NCBI GenBank assembly: GCA_040081625.1 | Contig: JBEBGD010000028.1 | Coordinates: 1-54,938 of the forward strand | Origin: Chthoniobacteraceae bacterium | GTDB lineage: Bacteria; Verrucomicrobiota; Verrucomicrobiia; Chthoniobacterales; Chthoniobacteraceae | Direction: 5' to 3' | Length of the DNA: 54,938 nt | Part shown: piece by piece, positions 38,817-48,128 of the stretch | How the letters are laid out: each line of letters begins with the position of its first letter | How positions within the stretch are numbered: position 1 is the stretch's first letter | The notes under the pieces: model-generated | Seen by the model: only the letters and a program-made list of their open reading frames with translations | Databases searched by the model: none | What the model was told of the DNA's origin: nothing | Made by a program: the position numbers and the translations under genes

Positions 38817-40106
38817 ATGCCAGCTACCATCGAGTCTCTAGGGCCGTGTTTGTTCGATTCGCCGCTCAAGCACCTCGGCGGCACGGACGGGGTTTTCAAG
38901 AGCGACGAGGACCGCATCCTGGTCGAGACGACAGTGGGCGTCGCGCCGCCGCCCGGGCAGCCGCGCCACTTCGAGAGCGCCGGGCCACGCGAGAAGGTCT
39001 TCTTTGATCCATCGAGGACCACTGCGGCGATCGTGACCTGCGGCGGCCTGTGCCCGGGCCTCAACGACATCATCAAGGGCATCGTCTCCCACCTTTTCTA
39101 CCGTTACGGCGTCACGCGTGTGTTCGGGTTCCGCTACGGATACGAAGGGCTCATCCCGCGCTATGGCCACGTGCCGATGGTGCTCAAGCCCGAGTCGGTC
39201 GCGAACGTCCACAACTTTGGAGGCACCATCCTTGGTAGCTCACGCGGTCCGCAGTCGATCGGCGAAATGGTCGATCTCCTCGAGGAGATGAAGATCGACC
39301 TCTTCTTCGTGATCGGCGGCGACGGCACGCTGCGCGGCGCGGCGGAACTCTCGGCGGAGATCAAGCGGCGCGGCTTGCGCAAGGCCATCGTCGGCATCCC
39401 GAAGACGATCGATAACGACATCATGTGGCTCGACAAATCGTTCGGGTTCGAGACGGCCTTCGCCGAGGCTGTGCAGGCGGTGAAGTGCGCCTACGTCGAG
39501 GCCACGGGTGCGATGAACGGCATCGGCCTGCTGCGGCTTATGGGACGCGACTCTGGCTTCATCGCGTGCTACTCGGCGATCGCTGCGGGCAACGTGGACT
39601 TTGTGCTGATCCCCGAGGTGTCGTTCGCGCTCGATGGCGAGCGGGGGATGCTCGAGGCGCTCCGCTACCGGCTCGCCAAGCGCAAGAGCGCCGTCATTGT
39701 CGTCGCTGAGGGAGCCGGACAGGATCTCATGCACATCGACGCATCGAAGACCGATGCCTCCGGCAACAAGAAGCTCGGCGACATCGGCCTCTTCCTCCGC
39801 GACAAGATCACCACCTTCTTCAACGAGCGGCGCATTGACGTTTCGCTCAAATACATGGACCCGAGCTACCTCATCCGCTCGGTGCCGGCGAACGCGCAGG
39901 ACAACGTCTATTGCAGCCAGCTTGCGCAGCACGCCGTCCACGCGGCGATGGCGGGCAAGACCAACATGCTCGTGGGTCGCTGGCATTGCAGCTTCGTGCA
40001 TCTGCCGATCGCCATCGCCACGCACGGCCGGCGGAAGGTTTCGCCGCAGAGTGAGCTGTGGCAGTCCGTGCTCGAGAGCACGGGCCAGCCGGCGATGCTC
40101 CGCTAG
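38817..40106 (+). CDS. pfkA: ATP-dependent 6-phosphofructokinase (group X type)
   Basis: [24 protein letters not shown] (G indicates ATP specificity), PKTIDND, MGRDSG, DPSY.IRS. Confidence 0.92.
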   Translation: MPATIESLGPCLFDSPLKHLGGTDGVFKSDEDRILVETTVGVAPPPGQPRHFESAGPREKVFFDPSRTTAAIVTCGGLCPGLNDIIKGIVSHLFYRYGVTRVFGFRYGYEGLIPRYGHVPMVLKPESVANVHNFGGTILGSSRGPQSIGEMVDLLEEMKIDLFFVIGGDGTLRGAAELSAEIKRRGLRKAIVGIPKTIDNDIMWLDKSFGFETAFAEAVQAVKCAYVEATGAMNGIGLLRLMGRDSGFIACYSAIAAGNVDFVLIPEVSFALDGERGMLEALRYRLAKRKSAVIVVAEGAGQDLMHIDASKTDASGNKKLGDIGLFLRDKITTFFNERRIDVSLKYMDPSYLIRSVPANAQDNVYCSQLAQHAVHAAMAGKTNMLVGRWHCSFVHLPIAIATHGRRKVSPQSELWQSVLESTGQPAMLR

Positions 40107-40149
40107 GATCGCGGCTAAGGCCGGCACTTCGCCGGTGTCATTTCACATC

Positions 40150-41544
40150 ATGCCCTCGCACGCCTGCCCCGATTTCCACTCGACCGCGATGAGCCGGCGC
40201 CTGGCGCTCAAGGTCGGCGGTGCGGGACTGCTCGGGCTCAACTTCTCCGACATGCTCCGCGCCGCGGAGACGCAGCCGAGGAAGATCAAGGCGCGCGCGA
40301 AGTCGGTGATCTTTCTTTTTCAATGGGGCGGGCCGTCGCAGCTCGACATGTTCGACATGAAGCCGGACGCGCCAGAGGGCATCCGCTCGCCGCACAAGAC
40401 CGTCGCGAGCAAGGCCGACGGCATCACCATCAGCGAGAAGCTCCCGAAGTGTGGTGCGATCATGGACAAGGTCACGCTGGTCCGGTCCGTGTATCACACG
40501 ATGAAGAATCACAACTCGGCCGGCTACTACGCGCTGACCGGGCACGCGCCGCCGAGCGACGATCAGCGGCTGCGCGACTCGCTCGAGCTTTTCCCCGGCT
40601 ACGCGTCGGTGGTCGATCGGTTCGCGCCGGCTCGCGGAGAAATGCCGACCGCGGTGTCGTATCCCTACGTCATCAGCGACGGCTCGGTCACTCCCGGCCA
40701 GCACGCGAGCTTCCTCGGCAAGGCAAACGATCCGATGCTCGTGCTGCAGGATCCGAATTCTCCAGCCTTCGCGCTGCCCGAGCTGAGCCTGCCGAAGGAC
40801 ATCCCCTTCGAGCGGATGCAGGCGCGGCGCGAGTTGATGAAGCTGGTCGATGCGCAGACCAAACTCATGGAGCAGAACGCGACGGTGCGCGGCTTCGACC
40901 GCTACTACGACAAGGCTCTCGCGATGCTCCAGTCGCCGAAGTTGCGCGACGCCTTCAACCTCGCCGCCGAGCCGGACAAAGTGCGCGACGCCTACGGGCG
41001 CACGACCTACGGCCAGAGCTGCCTTCTCGCGCGCCGCCTCGTCGAGTCCGGCACGAAGTTCGTCACCGCCTACTTCTCCGACTCGATCGGCGGGCGGCGC
41101 ACCGACGGCGGCGGCTGGGACACGCACGGCTTCGACAACACGCGGATGTATCCGATCATCGAGCAATACCACCTGCCGATGACCGAGCAGACGCTGCCGA
41201 CGCTGCTGACCGATCTCGAGGAGCGCGGGCTGCTCGACACGACGCTCGTCGTGTGGATGGGCGAGTTCGGCCGCACTCCGAACATCAACAAGAACGCCAG
41301 CCGCGACCACTGGCCGCAGTGCTACACGGTGCTGCTCGCCGGCGGCGGCGTGAAGCGCGGCTTCGTCCATGGCGCGAGCGACAAGACTGCGTCGTATCCC
41401 GCGGAGAATCCCGTGCGGCCCGACGATATCGCCGCGACGATCTTCCACGCGCTCGGCATCGATCCGCACCGCGAGATGCGCACCGTGACGAACCGCCCGG
41501 TGTTCGCCTCGGAAGGCAACGTGATCAGCGAAGTCTTCGCGTAA
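40150..41544 (+). CDS. DUF1501 protein with Tat-like signal
   Basis: SRRLAL, 'FQWGGPSQLDMFDMKP', 'CLLARRLVE', 'WDTH', 'GEFGRTP', 'RDHW'. Confidence 0.95.
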   Translation: MPSHACPDFHSTAMSRRLALKVGGAGLLGLNFSDMLRAAETQPRKIKARAKSVIFLFQWGGPSQLDMFDMKPDAPEGIRSPHKTVASKADGITISEKLPKCGAIMDKVTLVRSVYHTMKNHNSAGYYALTGHAPPSDDQRLRDSLELFPGYASVVDRFAPARGEMPTAVSYPYVISDGSVTPGQHASFLGKANDPMLVLQDPNSPAFALPELSLPKDIPFERMQARRELMKLVDAQTKLMEQNATVRGFDRYYDKALAMLQSPKLRDAFNLAAEPDKVRDAYGRTTYGQSCLLARRLVESGTKFVTAYFSDSIGGRRTDGGGWDTHGFDNTRMYPIIEQYHLPMTEQTLPTLLTDLEERGLLDTTLVVWMGEFGRTPNINKNASRDHWPQCYTVLLAGGGVKRGFVHGASDKTASYPAENPVRPDDIAATIFHALGIDPHREMRTVTNRPVFASEGNVISEVFA

Positions 41545-41554
41545 TCGACCCTCG

Positions 41555-41661
41555 TGTCATCCTGAGCGAGCGTAGCGAGTCGAAGGAGCTCTCGCATCTT
41601 TGGCCGGACGAAGGCGGTTGGCGGCGAAGTAAGAGGTTCTTCGGCTTCGCTCAGGATGACA
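41555..41661. repeat. REP-like palindrome of the GTCATCCTGAGC...GCTCAGGATGAC type
   Basis: tgtcatcctgagcga (41555-41569) is the perfect inverse of tcgctcaggatgaca (41647-41661). Lies between convergent genes. Confidence 0.85.
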
Positions 41662-41669
41662 GGGATAAC

Positions 41670-42959
41670 CTAAGGCGCGGCCACGAACATCCGCAGCAGC
41701 TTCCCCTCGGGCAGCGCGAACACCGCCACGGTCCCATTTGCAGCGCCGCTCGCACACAGCTTCCCGTCACCGCTCATCGCCAGTGAAAGCACCGCGTCGC
41801 CGGGTGCGTCCCACGTGGCCTTCGGCGTTCGCTCGCTCCCGGGAAAGAAGCGCAATTTCCGATCGCCCGATGCTGCGACGAAGCCGGACGATCCGGCGCA
41901 AAAGACCGTCCACTCCGCGCCCTTGATCTCGCCGTCTCGTTTCGCCTTGGCCGAATCCCATCGGTGCATGGTGCTGCCGCGTGCGAGCGTCCACGCTGCT
42001 CCATCGGCGGCAAAGGCGCACGCGAGCAGCGGCGTGTCGTGGCCCGTGTAGCTCGTCGTCGCTTCGCCGGACTTGAGGTCGAGCACGCGTGCCGTGCGGT
42101 CGCGGCTCGCGGTGAGCAGGTGTGAGCCGTCCGGACTGAAGGCCACGTCCTGCACCCAGTCGGCGTGTGGCTTGAGCACGCGCAGCTTTCTGCCGCTGGC
42201 ATCGAAGACGCGCACGGTGCGATCACCAGAGCCCGCGGCGATGTGCGAGCCGTCCGCGCTGAACGCGACGCTCAGCGCCGTCTCCGCAAGGTCGCAGAGA
42301 AACTTTGGCGGCGCTTTCCCTTCGGCATCCGCGAGCGCGACCGTGCCCCATTGCATCGGCGATCCGCCGGCGACCGCGAGTCGTTCGCCGTGCCAGGCGA
42401 GCGAGGTGATCCGCTCCGGCAGGCCATCGAGTCGCGCCGTGAGTGCTCCATCGCTCACGTTCCACATCGTGATTTCGTAGTAGCCGCTCGCGGCGAGCCT
42501 CGTGCCGTCGGGGCTGAAGGCGAGCGCGGTGATCGGGAGCGGGCGCGCATACTTCTGCGGCGCGGGACGGAGCATCGAGTCGCGCACCAACTCCACGAGC
42601 GGTTGATCCTTCGACTTCCCATCGAAGTGCGCCCCCTCCGCTATCCAGCGCTCGATCAGTGCGATCTCCGCTTCGGGCAGCGCGTCCGCTTTCTGCGGCA
42701 TGCGATCCGTCGCGCTCATCTCGCGCAGCAGGGCCGCGATCTCCGACGCCGCCGGCTTGCCCGGCGTCACCGCGGGCAGATCGCTCTGCCCCGGCTTCAT
42801 CAGCCGCGCGAAGGTATCGAGCTTGTAGCGGCCCTTCGGGTTCTCCGCGCTGTGGCAGGTCGCGCAGCGGCGCTGGAGCAGGGGAGCCACCTCCGCGCGG
42901 AAGCTCACCGGCGCCGCGGATGCGACGCACGCGGAGAGCAGGAGCAGGCGGAGGATCAT
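41670..42959 (-). CDS. Planctomycete cytochrome c (PSCyt1) plus WD40-repeat protein
   Basis: Signal peptide, CATCH, 'RMP', 'WIAEGA', then repeated 'AFSPDG..L.TAS.D.T.RV.D' WD40 units. Confidence 0.9.
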   Translation of the reverse strand: MILRLLLLSACVASAAPVSFRAEVAPLLQRRCATCHSAENPKGRYKLDTFARLMKPGQSDLPAVTPGKPAASEIAALLREMSATDRMPQKADALPEAEIALIERWIAEGAHFDGKSKDQPLVELVRDSMLRPAPQKYARPLPITALAFSPDGTRLAASGYYEITMWNVSDGALTARLDGLPERITSLAWHGERLAVAGGSPMQWGTVALADAEGKAPPKFLCDLAETALSVAFSADGSHIAAGSGDRTVRVFDASGRKLRVLKPHADWVQDVAFSPDGSHLLTASRDRTARVLDLKSGEATTSYTGHDTPLLACAFAADGAAWTLARGSTMHRWDSAKAKRDGEIKGAEWTVFCAGSSGFVAASGDRKLRFFPGSERTPKATWDAPGDAVLSLAMSGDGKLCASGAANGTVAVFALPEGKLLRMFVAAP

Positions 42960-42970
42960 GCGCACGCGTG

Positions 42971-44293
42971 TCAGGCGGCGGGGATCTTCCAACCCTTGCG
43001 GTAGTTCTTCGTCAGCAGGCGCTGCGCGTCCGCGTGGCCGCTGATCTTCAGCTTCGCGCTGTCCCATTTCAGCAAGGCGCCCGGGCACTGCGTGGCGACG
43101 TTGCCGAGCAGCGCGGCCTCGGTGAGCGGGCAGGCGTAGTCGAAGTTGTCCGTCGTCGGTTTGCCGTCGAGCGCGCTATCGACCCACGCGTGGTAGTGGC
43201 TCGAGCCGGCGACTTTCTCGATCGTGTAGCTCGCGAACTTCTCCACCGGGTAGAGCTGCGGCATCGCGACGTGCGGGATCAGGAGCACGCCGCCTTCGCC
43301 GATGAGCAGCGAGCCGGAGCCGGGTAGCTTTTTGTCCGCGGGCATCTGCGCGAGCGCGGCGTCGGGCATGCGACCGCCGTCATACCACGTGACGGGAAGC
43401 GTTTTGCCCGTCGTGTATTTCGTGCCGGGGAAGACATACTCGATCGTCTCGGCGGCGGGCCACGTGTATTTGTTCAGGCCGTCGTTTGCGCCGCGGATGG
43501 TGAGCGGCGACTTGATCTCCAGCGCGGTGAAGACGGGATCGAGGATGTGGCAGCCGAAGTCGCCCATCGTGCCGTTGCCGAAGTGCTGCCAGTCGCGCCA
43601 TTTGAACGGGTGATACACGTCGGGCACGTAGTCGATCATCGGAGCCGCACCGACCCAGAGATCCCAGTTGAGAGTCTCCGGCACCGGCCCGGACGGCGGC
43701 GGTGCCGTCATGCGGGTGTGCTGGTTGCCGGCGTTCGGTTGGAAGGAGTGGACCGCCTTGATCTTCCCGATGACGCCGTCGCGGACGAGCTTCACCGCGG
43801 TGCGATAGGCTTCGTGCGAATGGATCTGGTTGCCCATCTGCGTGGCGACCTTCGACTTCGCCGCCCACAGCCGCATCTGGCGCGCCTCCCACACGGTGTG
43901 GCTGAGCGGCTTCTGGCAATAGACGTGTTTGCCGCGCCGCATCGCGTCGATCGACGGCGCGGCGTGCATGTGATCGGGCGTGGAGACGATCACGCCGTCG
44001 AAGGTGTCGCCGAGCTTCGCGAACATCTCGCGGTAGTCGGCGAAGTGCGGCACGCCGGGAAACTTCACGTCGGCCTGCTTGAAGCGCGTCGAGTCCACAT
44101 CGCAGAAGCCGGTGTATTTCACCTTCGTGTGCGAGCCGACCTCGACGATGTCGGAGAGGCCCTTGCCCGCGCAGCCGATGGCGGCGAGCTGGAGATTGCC
44201 GTTCGGGTTTGCCGCGCGGAGCAGCGCGGGGAAGCCGAGCACGGCGGCGGATGTGGTCTTGAGGAAGCTGCGGCGGGAGGTGTGGGGAGTCAT
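42971..44293 (-). CDS. Gfo/Idh/MocA oxidoreductase with Tat signal
   Basis: SRRSFLK, IGCAGKG, STPDHMH, KHVYCQKP, QMGNQ, GDFGCH. Confidence 0.93.
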   Translation of the reverse strand: MTPHTSRRSFLKTTSAAVLGFPALLRAANPNGNLQLAAIGCAGKGLSDIVEVGSHTKVKYTGFCDVDSTRFKQADVKFPGVPHFADYREMFAKLGDTFDGVIVSTPDHMHAAPSIDAMRRGKHVYCQKPLSHTVWEARQMRLWAAKSKVATQMGNQIHSHEAYRTAVKLVRDGVIGKIKAVHSFQPNAGNQHTRMTAPPPSGPVPETLNWDLWVGAAPMIDYVPDVYHPFKWRDWQHFGNGTMGDFGCHILDPVFTALEIKSPLTIRGANDGLNKYTWPAAETIEYVFPGTKYTTGKTLPVTWYDGGRMPDAALAQMPADKKLPGSGSLLIGEGGVLLIPHVAMPQLYPVEKFASYTIEKVAGSSHYHAWVDSALDGKPTTDNFDYACPLTEAALLGNVATQCPGALLKWDSAKLKISGHADAQRLLTKNYRKGWKIPAA

Positions 44294-44402
44294 GGTGGTG
44301 AAGGTGCTCAATTCAACCCGGCGCTGCGCGAGGGGTTAGAGTTCGCGTCGCCGGGCGATGTTTCGGATTCACATGCGGCGCGCCGGCGGCTACTCACGCT
44401 GC

Positions 44403-45098
44403 ATGAACCCCGTCCCGCCACCGCCGCCACCACCAGGGATGCCGCCACTGCCGGGCGCTCCAGCCAGGACCGACGGCCTCGCTGTAACCGCGCTGGTGCT
44501 CGGCATCGCGAGCATCTCCTGCCTCGGCTGCGTCGCGGGGGTGCCCGCGATCGTGTGCGGCCACATGGCGTGCAGCCGCATCGCCGAGTCGCGCAGTGGC
44601 GTCGAGGGCCGCGGCATGGCCATCGCCGGGCTGGTGATGGGATACGTCTCGATCCTGCTGACCATCGTCGCCGCGATCGGTTTCTACTTTTTCGCGAAGC
44701 AGGTGCCGACGATCCAGTCGAAGGCCGCGACGCCGCTCGTCCGCGCGCAGTCCGCGCAGCTCAGCGCCGCGCTCATGCGCTACCGCGCGGACTACGGCCA
44801 GCTCCCCGCGGTCGCGCCCGTGCAGGGCGAGGAGGTCGATGCGGGCGCGCTCGTGAAGATCCTCGCCGGCGCCAATCCGCGCGGCACCGTTTACTTCCAG
44901 GCGGGGCAGAACGGCATCCAGGTCAACGGCATCCCGATCGATACGTGGGCCCAGCCGCTGCGCATCGCCATCGACCTCGACGGCGACGGCCAGGTCCTCG
45001 TCGGCTCGCAAAAAGTCCGCGGCATCATCGCCGTCTGGTCGTGCGGTCCGAACAAGACCAGCGAGAGCGGCACCGGCGACGACGTGCCCGCGTGGTGA
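44403..45098 (+). CDS. DUF4190 membrane protein with C-terminal GspG/pilin-like domain
   Basis: Pro-rich N-terminus, 'GLAVTALVLGI...AIVCGH.A..I.....G.GMAIAGLV.GY', then 'AL..Y..DYG.LP', 'D.W.QP', 'WS.GPN'. Confidence 0.78.
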   Translation: MNPVPPPPPPPGMPPLPGAPARTDGLAVTALVLGIASISCLGCVAGVPAIVCGHMACSRIAESRSGVEGRGMAIAGLVMGYVSILLTIVAAIGFYFFAKQVPTIQSKAATPLVRAQSAQLSAALMRYRADYGQLPAVAPVQGEEVDAGALVKILAGANPRGTVYFQAGQNGIQVNGIPIDTWAQPLRIAIDLDGDGQVLVGSQKVRGIIAVWSCGPNKTSESGTGDDVPAW

Positions 45099-45149
45099 GG
45101 CCAGCCGCCGCTTGACCGCACGCGCGCGCCGCCGACACTGCGCGCCCGC

Positions 45150-45794
45150 ATGCGCTTCCAGACGCTCTTCGAAGGCCGCCTCATCTTCCTCATCCTGTTC
45201 GCCGTGATCGCCATCGGCTGCTGGCAGCGCTGGTGGCTGCTCGTGCTCCCCGGCGCGCTCGGCGTTATTTTCTGCATCAATTTCTTCCGCGATCCCGAGC
45301 GTGTCATCCCGCCGGGCGAGGAAGTCGTCGTCGCGGCGGCCGATGGCACCATCGCGGACATCATCGAGATCGAGGAGTCCGAGGTGCTCAAGACCCGCTG
45401 CCGCCGCGTCGGCATCTTTCTCTCGGTCTTCGATGTCCACGTGAACAAGGCGCCGATCGCCGGGCGCATCACCTACACGAAGCACTACCCCGGCACGTAT
45501 CCCGGTCCCTTCCTCGACGCGCGCAATCCCGAGTGCTCGAAGTTCAACGAAGCGCTCACGTGGGCCTTCGAGGGGAAGAAGGCGACGCTCGTCGTCCGCC
45601 AGATCACCGGCGCCATCGCGCGCCGCATCGTGCCGTGGTCGAAGGACGGCGATGAAGTCGCCAAGGGGCATCGCTTCGGCATGATCCGCTTTGGCTCGCG
45701 CACCGAGGTCTATCTCCCGCTCGATGCGGAGGTGACGGTGAAGATCGGCGACAAGGTGCGCGGAGCGGAGACGATCATCGCCCGGCTAAAATGA
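45150..45794 (+). CDS. psd: Phosphatidylserine decarboxylase proenzyme (short type)
   Basis: FFRDPER, ADG, IFLSVFDVHVN, RQI.G.IARRI, and FGSR autocleavage site. Confidence 0.93.
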   Translation: MRFQTLFEGRLIFLILFAVIAIGCWQRWWLLVLPGALGVIFCINFFRDPERVIPPGEEVVVAAADGTIADIIEIEESEVLKTRCRRVGIFLSVFDVHVNKAPIAGRITYTKHYPGTYPGPFLDARNPECSKFNEALTWAFEGKKATLVVRQITGAIARRIVPWSKDGDEVAKGHRFGMIRFGSRTEVYLPLDAEVTVKIGDKVRGAETIIARLK

Positions 45795-46615
45795 GCGAGC
45801 CGCGCGGCCCCAAGATTTATCTCCTGCCGAACCTGATGACGGCGGGGAATCTCTTCTGCGGGTTCGCCGCCTCGCTGAAAATCCTCGAGGGCGCGCTCGT
45901 TCAGTCGGTGAGTCCTGATATCGCCGCGGACAAATTTCACGCCGCGATCTGGCTCATCCTCGCCTCGTGCATCTTCGACATGCTCGATGGCCGGCTCGCC
46001 CGCCTCGGTGGCAGCGAGAGCCCGTTTGGGCGCGAGTTCGATTCGCTCGCCGACATCGTCTCCTTCGGCGTCGCGCCGGCGCTCATGGTCTATCGCATCG
46101 TGCTGATCGAGTTCCCGCGGACCGGCTGGATCATCGCCTCGCTCTACCTCATCTGCGGCGCGCTGCGGCTCGCCCGATTCAACTGTCTCGCCGCCGAGGA
46201 CAGCGCCGGCGCCAGCAAGGAATTCCGAGGCTTCCCCATCCCTGCCGCCGCCGGGCTCATCGCCTCGCTCACGCTCTTCATGCTGTGGTTGAGCGAAAAG
46301 GGCCGCGTCATCGGCAACGGCAAATGGGTGCTCCCGCCGCTCATGGTTTTCCTCGCGTGGATGATGTTCAGCGGCTTCCGCTACCCGAGCTTCAAGGCCG
46401 TCAACTGGCGCACCACGCGCTCGCTGCCGAAGTTCATCCTCATCATCGCCGTGCTCATCTTCACCGCGATCTTCTACGAGTGGATGCCGTTCGTGCTCTT
46501 CCTTTCGTATCTGCTCTACGGCTTCCTGCGCCCCTTCCTCTCTCGGCGGATGAAGCAGGAGATCGAGGAGGAAATCGAGGACGAGGAGCCCGCGGAGTCC
46601 ACGGAAAGTCCGTGA
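45791..46615 (+). CDS. pssA: CDP-diacylglycerol--serine O-phosphatidyltransferase
   Basis: LPNLMT, D.LDGRLAR....S.FG.EFDSLAD.VSFGVAP, RLARFN, F.G.P.P. Confidence 0.93.
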   Translation: MSEPRGPKIYLLPNLMTAGNLFCGFAASLKILEGALVQSVSPDIAADKFHAAIWLILASCIFDMLDGRLARLGGSESPFGREFDSLADIVSFGVAPALMVYRIVLIEFPRTGWIIASLYLICGALRLARFNCLAAEDSAGASKEFRGFPIPAAAGLIASLTLFMLWLSEKGRVIGNGKWVLPPLMVFLAWMMFSGFRYPSFKAVNWRTTRSLPKFILIIAVLIFTAIFYEWMPFVLFLSYLLYGFLRPFLSRRMKQEIEEEIEDEEPAESTESP

Positions 46616-46616
46616 A

Positions 46617-46706
46617 GCGAAACCGGAAAGCGGAGAGCGGAGACCGGAAAGCGGCACGCACACAGACTGCGAATCTTTCCGCATTCCGCTCTCCGCATTC
46701 CGCTCT
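46617..46706. repeat. Inverted arrays of 7-bp repeats (GCGGA[G/A]A versus [A/T][T/C]TCCGC)
   Basis: ccggaaa gcggaga gcggaga ccggaaa gcgg ... tttccgc attccgc tctccgc attccgc. Confidence 0.8.
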
Positions 46707-46709
46707 TCC

Positions 46710-47708
46710 ATGAGCGACTTCGCGCAGAGCGGCCTCATCAGCACGTTCCAGCGGCTGAACGAGACGCACCTCGCGCAGATCGAGAGCGAACTCGTCGAGT
46801 TGGCGCGCGAGAAGCCGATCGCGATCGTGCTGCCCTGCCACGGCGCGGATCTCGAGCGTCCCGCGTTTGCGCACATCCTCGGCAAGCTGCGCGCCGCAGC
46901 CTGGGTGAGCGAGATCGTCCTCAGTGTGAATGCCGCCGGCGATGCCGACCTCGTCGGGATTCCGGAGGGCGTGCGAGTCTTGCGGAACGATAGGTCCTGT
47001 GAGTCTCATGCGGCCCATGTGCCCGCCGGCAAAGGCGCGAATCTCCACGCTGCCTTCCAGCGCCTCGCCTCGCCCGCCATCATCGCCACGCAGGACTGCG
47101 ATGTCGCCAGCTTCCGCCGCGCCGATCTCGCCCGGCTTTGCTACGCCGTCGCGCATCCGGACCTCGGCTACCGCTTCGCGAAGATGTATTACTCGCGCGT
47201 CACCGACCGGCTCTACGGGCGCGTGTCGCGGCTCTTCCTCGCACCGCTGCTTCACGCCGTCGTGCGCGTCGCGGGGCATCATCCGCTCGTCGATTTCCTC
47301 CTCAGCTTCCGCTACCCGCTCGCCGGGGAGATCGCCCTCACGCGCGAGCTCGCCGCGCAGCTCCCGCTCGCCACCGGGTGGAACGTCGAGATCAGCCACC
47401 TCTGCGAAGTCTTCCGCCGCGTCGAGCCGCGCGATGTCTGCCAGGTCGATGGCGGCACGGGCTACGATCACAAGCATCAGCCAGCGACCCCCGCGCTCGC
47501 CGACATGGCTGCGGAAATTGCGCGCGAGCTTTTCGCGCAGCTCGCCACCGAGGGCCTCGCCGGCATCCGTGGCGCCGTCGCGCAAGCCTACCCGCGCGAG
47601 GCCGCGCACGCCCTCCGCCGCAGCGCCGCGCTCGCGCGGATCAACGCGCTGCCCTTCGATCCCGAAGCCGAGCGCGCCATCGTCGAGAGCTTCGCGGCGC
47701 GGCTGTAG
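46710..47708 (+). CDS. gpgS: Glucosyl-3-phosphoglycerate synthase-like glycosyltransferase
   Basis: MSDFAQSG.I.T, GKG.N, DCD, 'AK.YY.R....LYGRV.RL...PL', 'RYPLAGE', 'YDHKHQ'. Confidence 0.78.
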   Translation: MSDFAQSGLISTFQRLNETHLAQIESELVELAREKPIAIVLPCHGADLERPAFAHILGKLRAAAWVSEIVLSVNAAGDADLVGIPEGVRVLRNDRSCESHAAHVPAGKGANLHAAFQRLASPAIIATQDCDVASFRRADLARLCYAVAHPDLGYRFAKMYYSRVTDRLYGRVSRLFLAPLLHAVVRVAGHHPLVDFLLSFRYPLAGEIALTRELAAQLPLATGWNVEISHLCEVFRRVEPRDVCQVDGGTGYDHKHQPATPALADMAAEIARELFAQLATEGLAGIRGAVAQAYPREAAHALRRSAALARINALPFDPEAERAIVESFAARL

Positions 47709-47753
47709 CCACGGCGCTCCGCGCCGTGCGCGTCGCAGAGCGACGCGGCTACA
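47704..47753. repeat. GTAG-type REP doublet (copy 1)
   Basis: tgtagccacggcgctccgcgccgtgcgcgtcgcagagcgacgcggctaca; 48/50 identical to the reverse complement of 50759-50808. Confidence 0.85.
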
Positions 47754-47796
47754 AGGGCTTGCGCGCTGCGACGTTTCCACTCTACTCCGTGCCCAC

Positions 47797-48081
47797 ATGA
47801 GTGCCCAGTTCGATGTCCGCTACACCGCGCAACTCGCGCGACTGAACCTTTCCGAAGAGGAGATCGCCAAGTTCCAGGCGCAGCTCGGCCAGGTGCTCGA
47901 ATACGTCGAGAAGCTCAGCGCCGTCGATGTAAGCGGCGTCGAGCCCACCGCGCACGCGTTCCCGGTCCACAATGTCTTCCGCGCCGACGAACCCCGCCCG
48001 GGCTTCACCGCGGAGGAGGCGCTCGCGAATGCGCCCCGCGCCGCGAGCGGCCTTTTCGTCGTCCCGAAGGTGATCGAATAA
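47797..48081 (+). CDS. gatC: Asp/Glu-tRNA amidotransferase subunit C
   Basis: 'V.Y.A.LARL.LSEEE', 'VDVSGVEPT', 'R.DE', 'LANAP', 'F.VPKVIE'. Confidence 0.95.
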   Translation: MSAQFDVRYTAQLARLNLSEEEIAKFQAQLGQVLEYVEKLSAVDVSGVEPTAHAFPVHNVFRADEPRPGFTAEEALANAPRAASGLFVVPKVIE

Positions 48082-48128
48082 GCGAAGCGCCTCTTCCTCT
48101 CCTTCTTCATCTTCCTCTCCTTCGTCGT

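Noticed and set aside
48089..48128. Pyrimidine tract cttcctctccttc x2 between gatC and gatA
   Set aside because: Only two units and no complementary arm, which is too little to assign a function.
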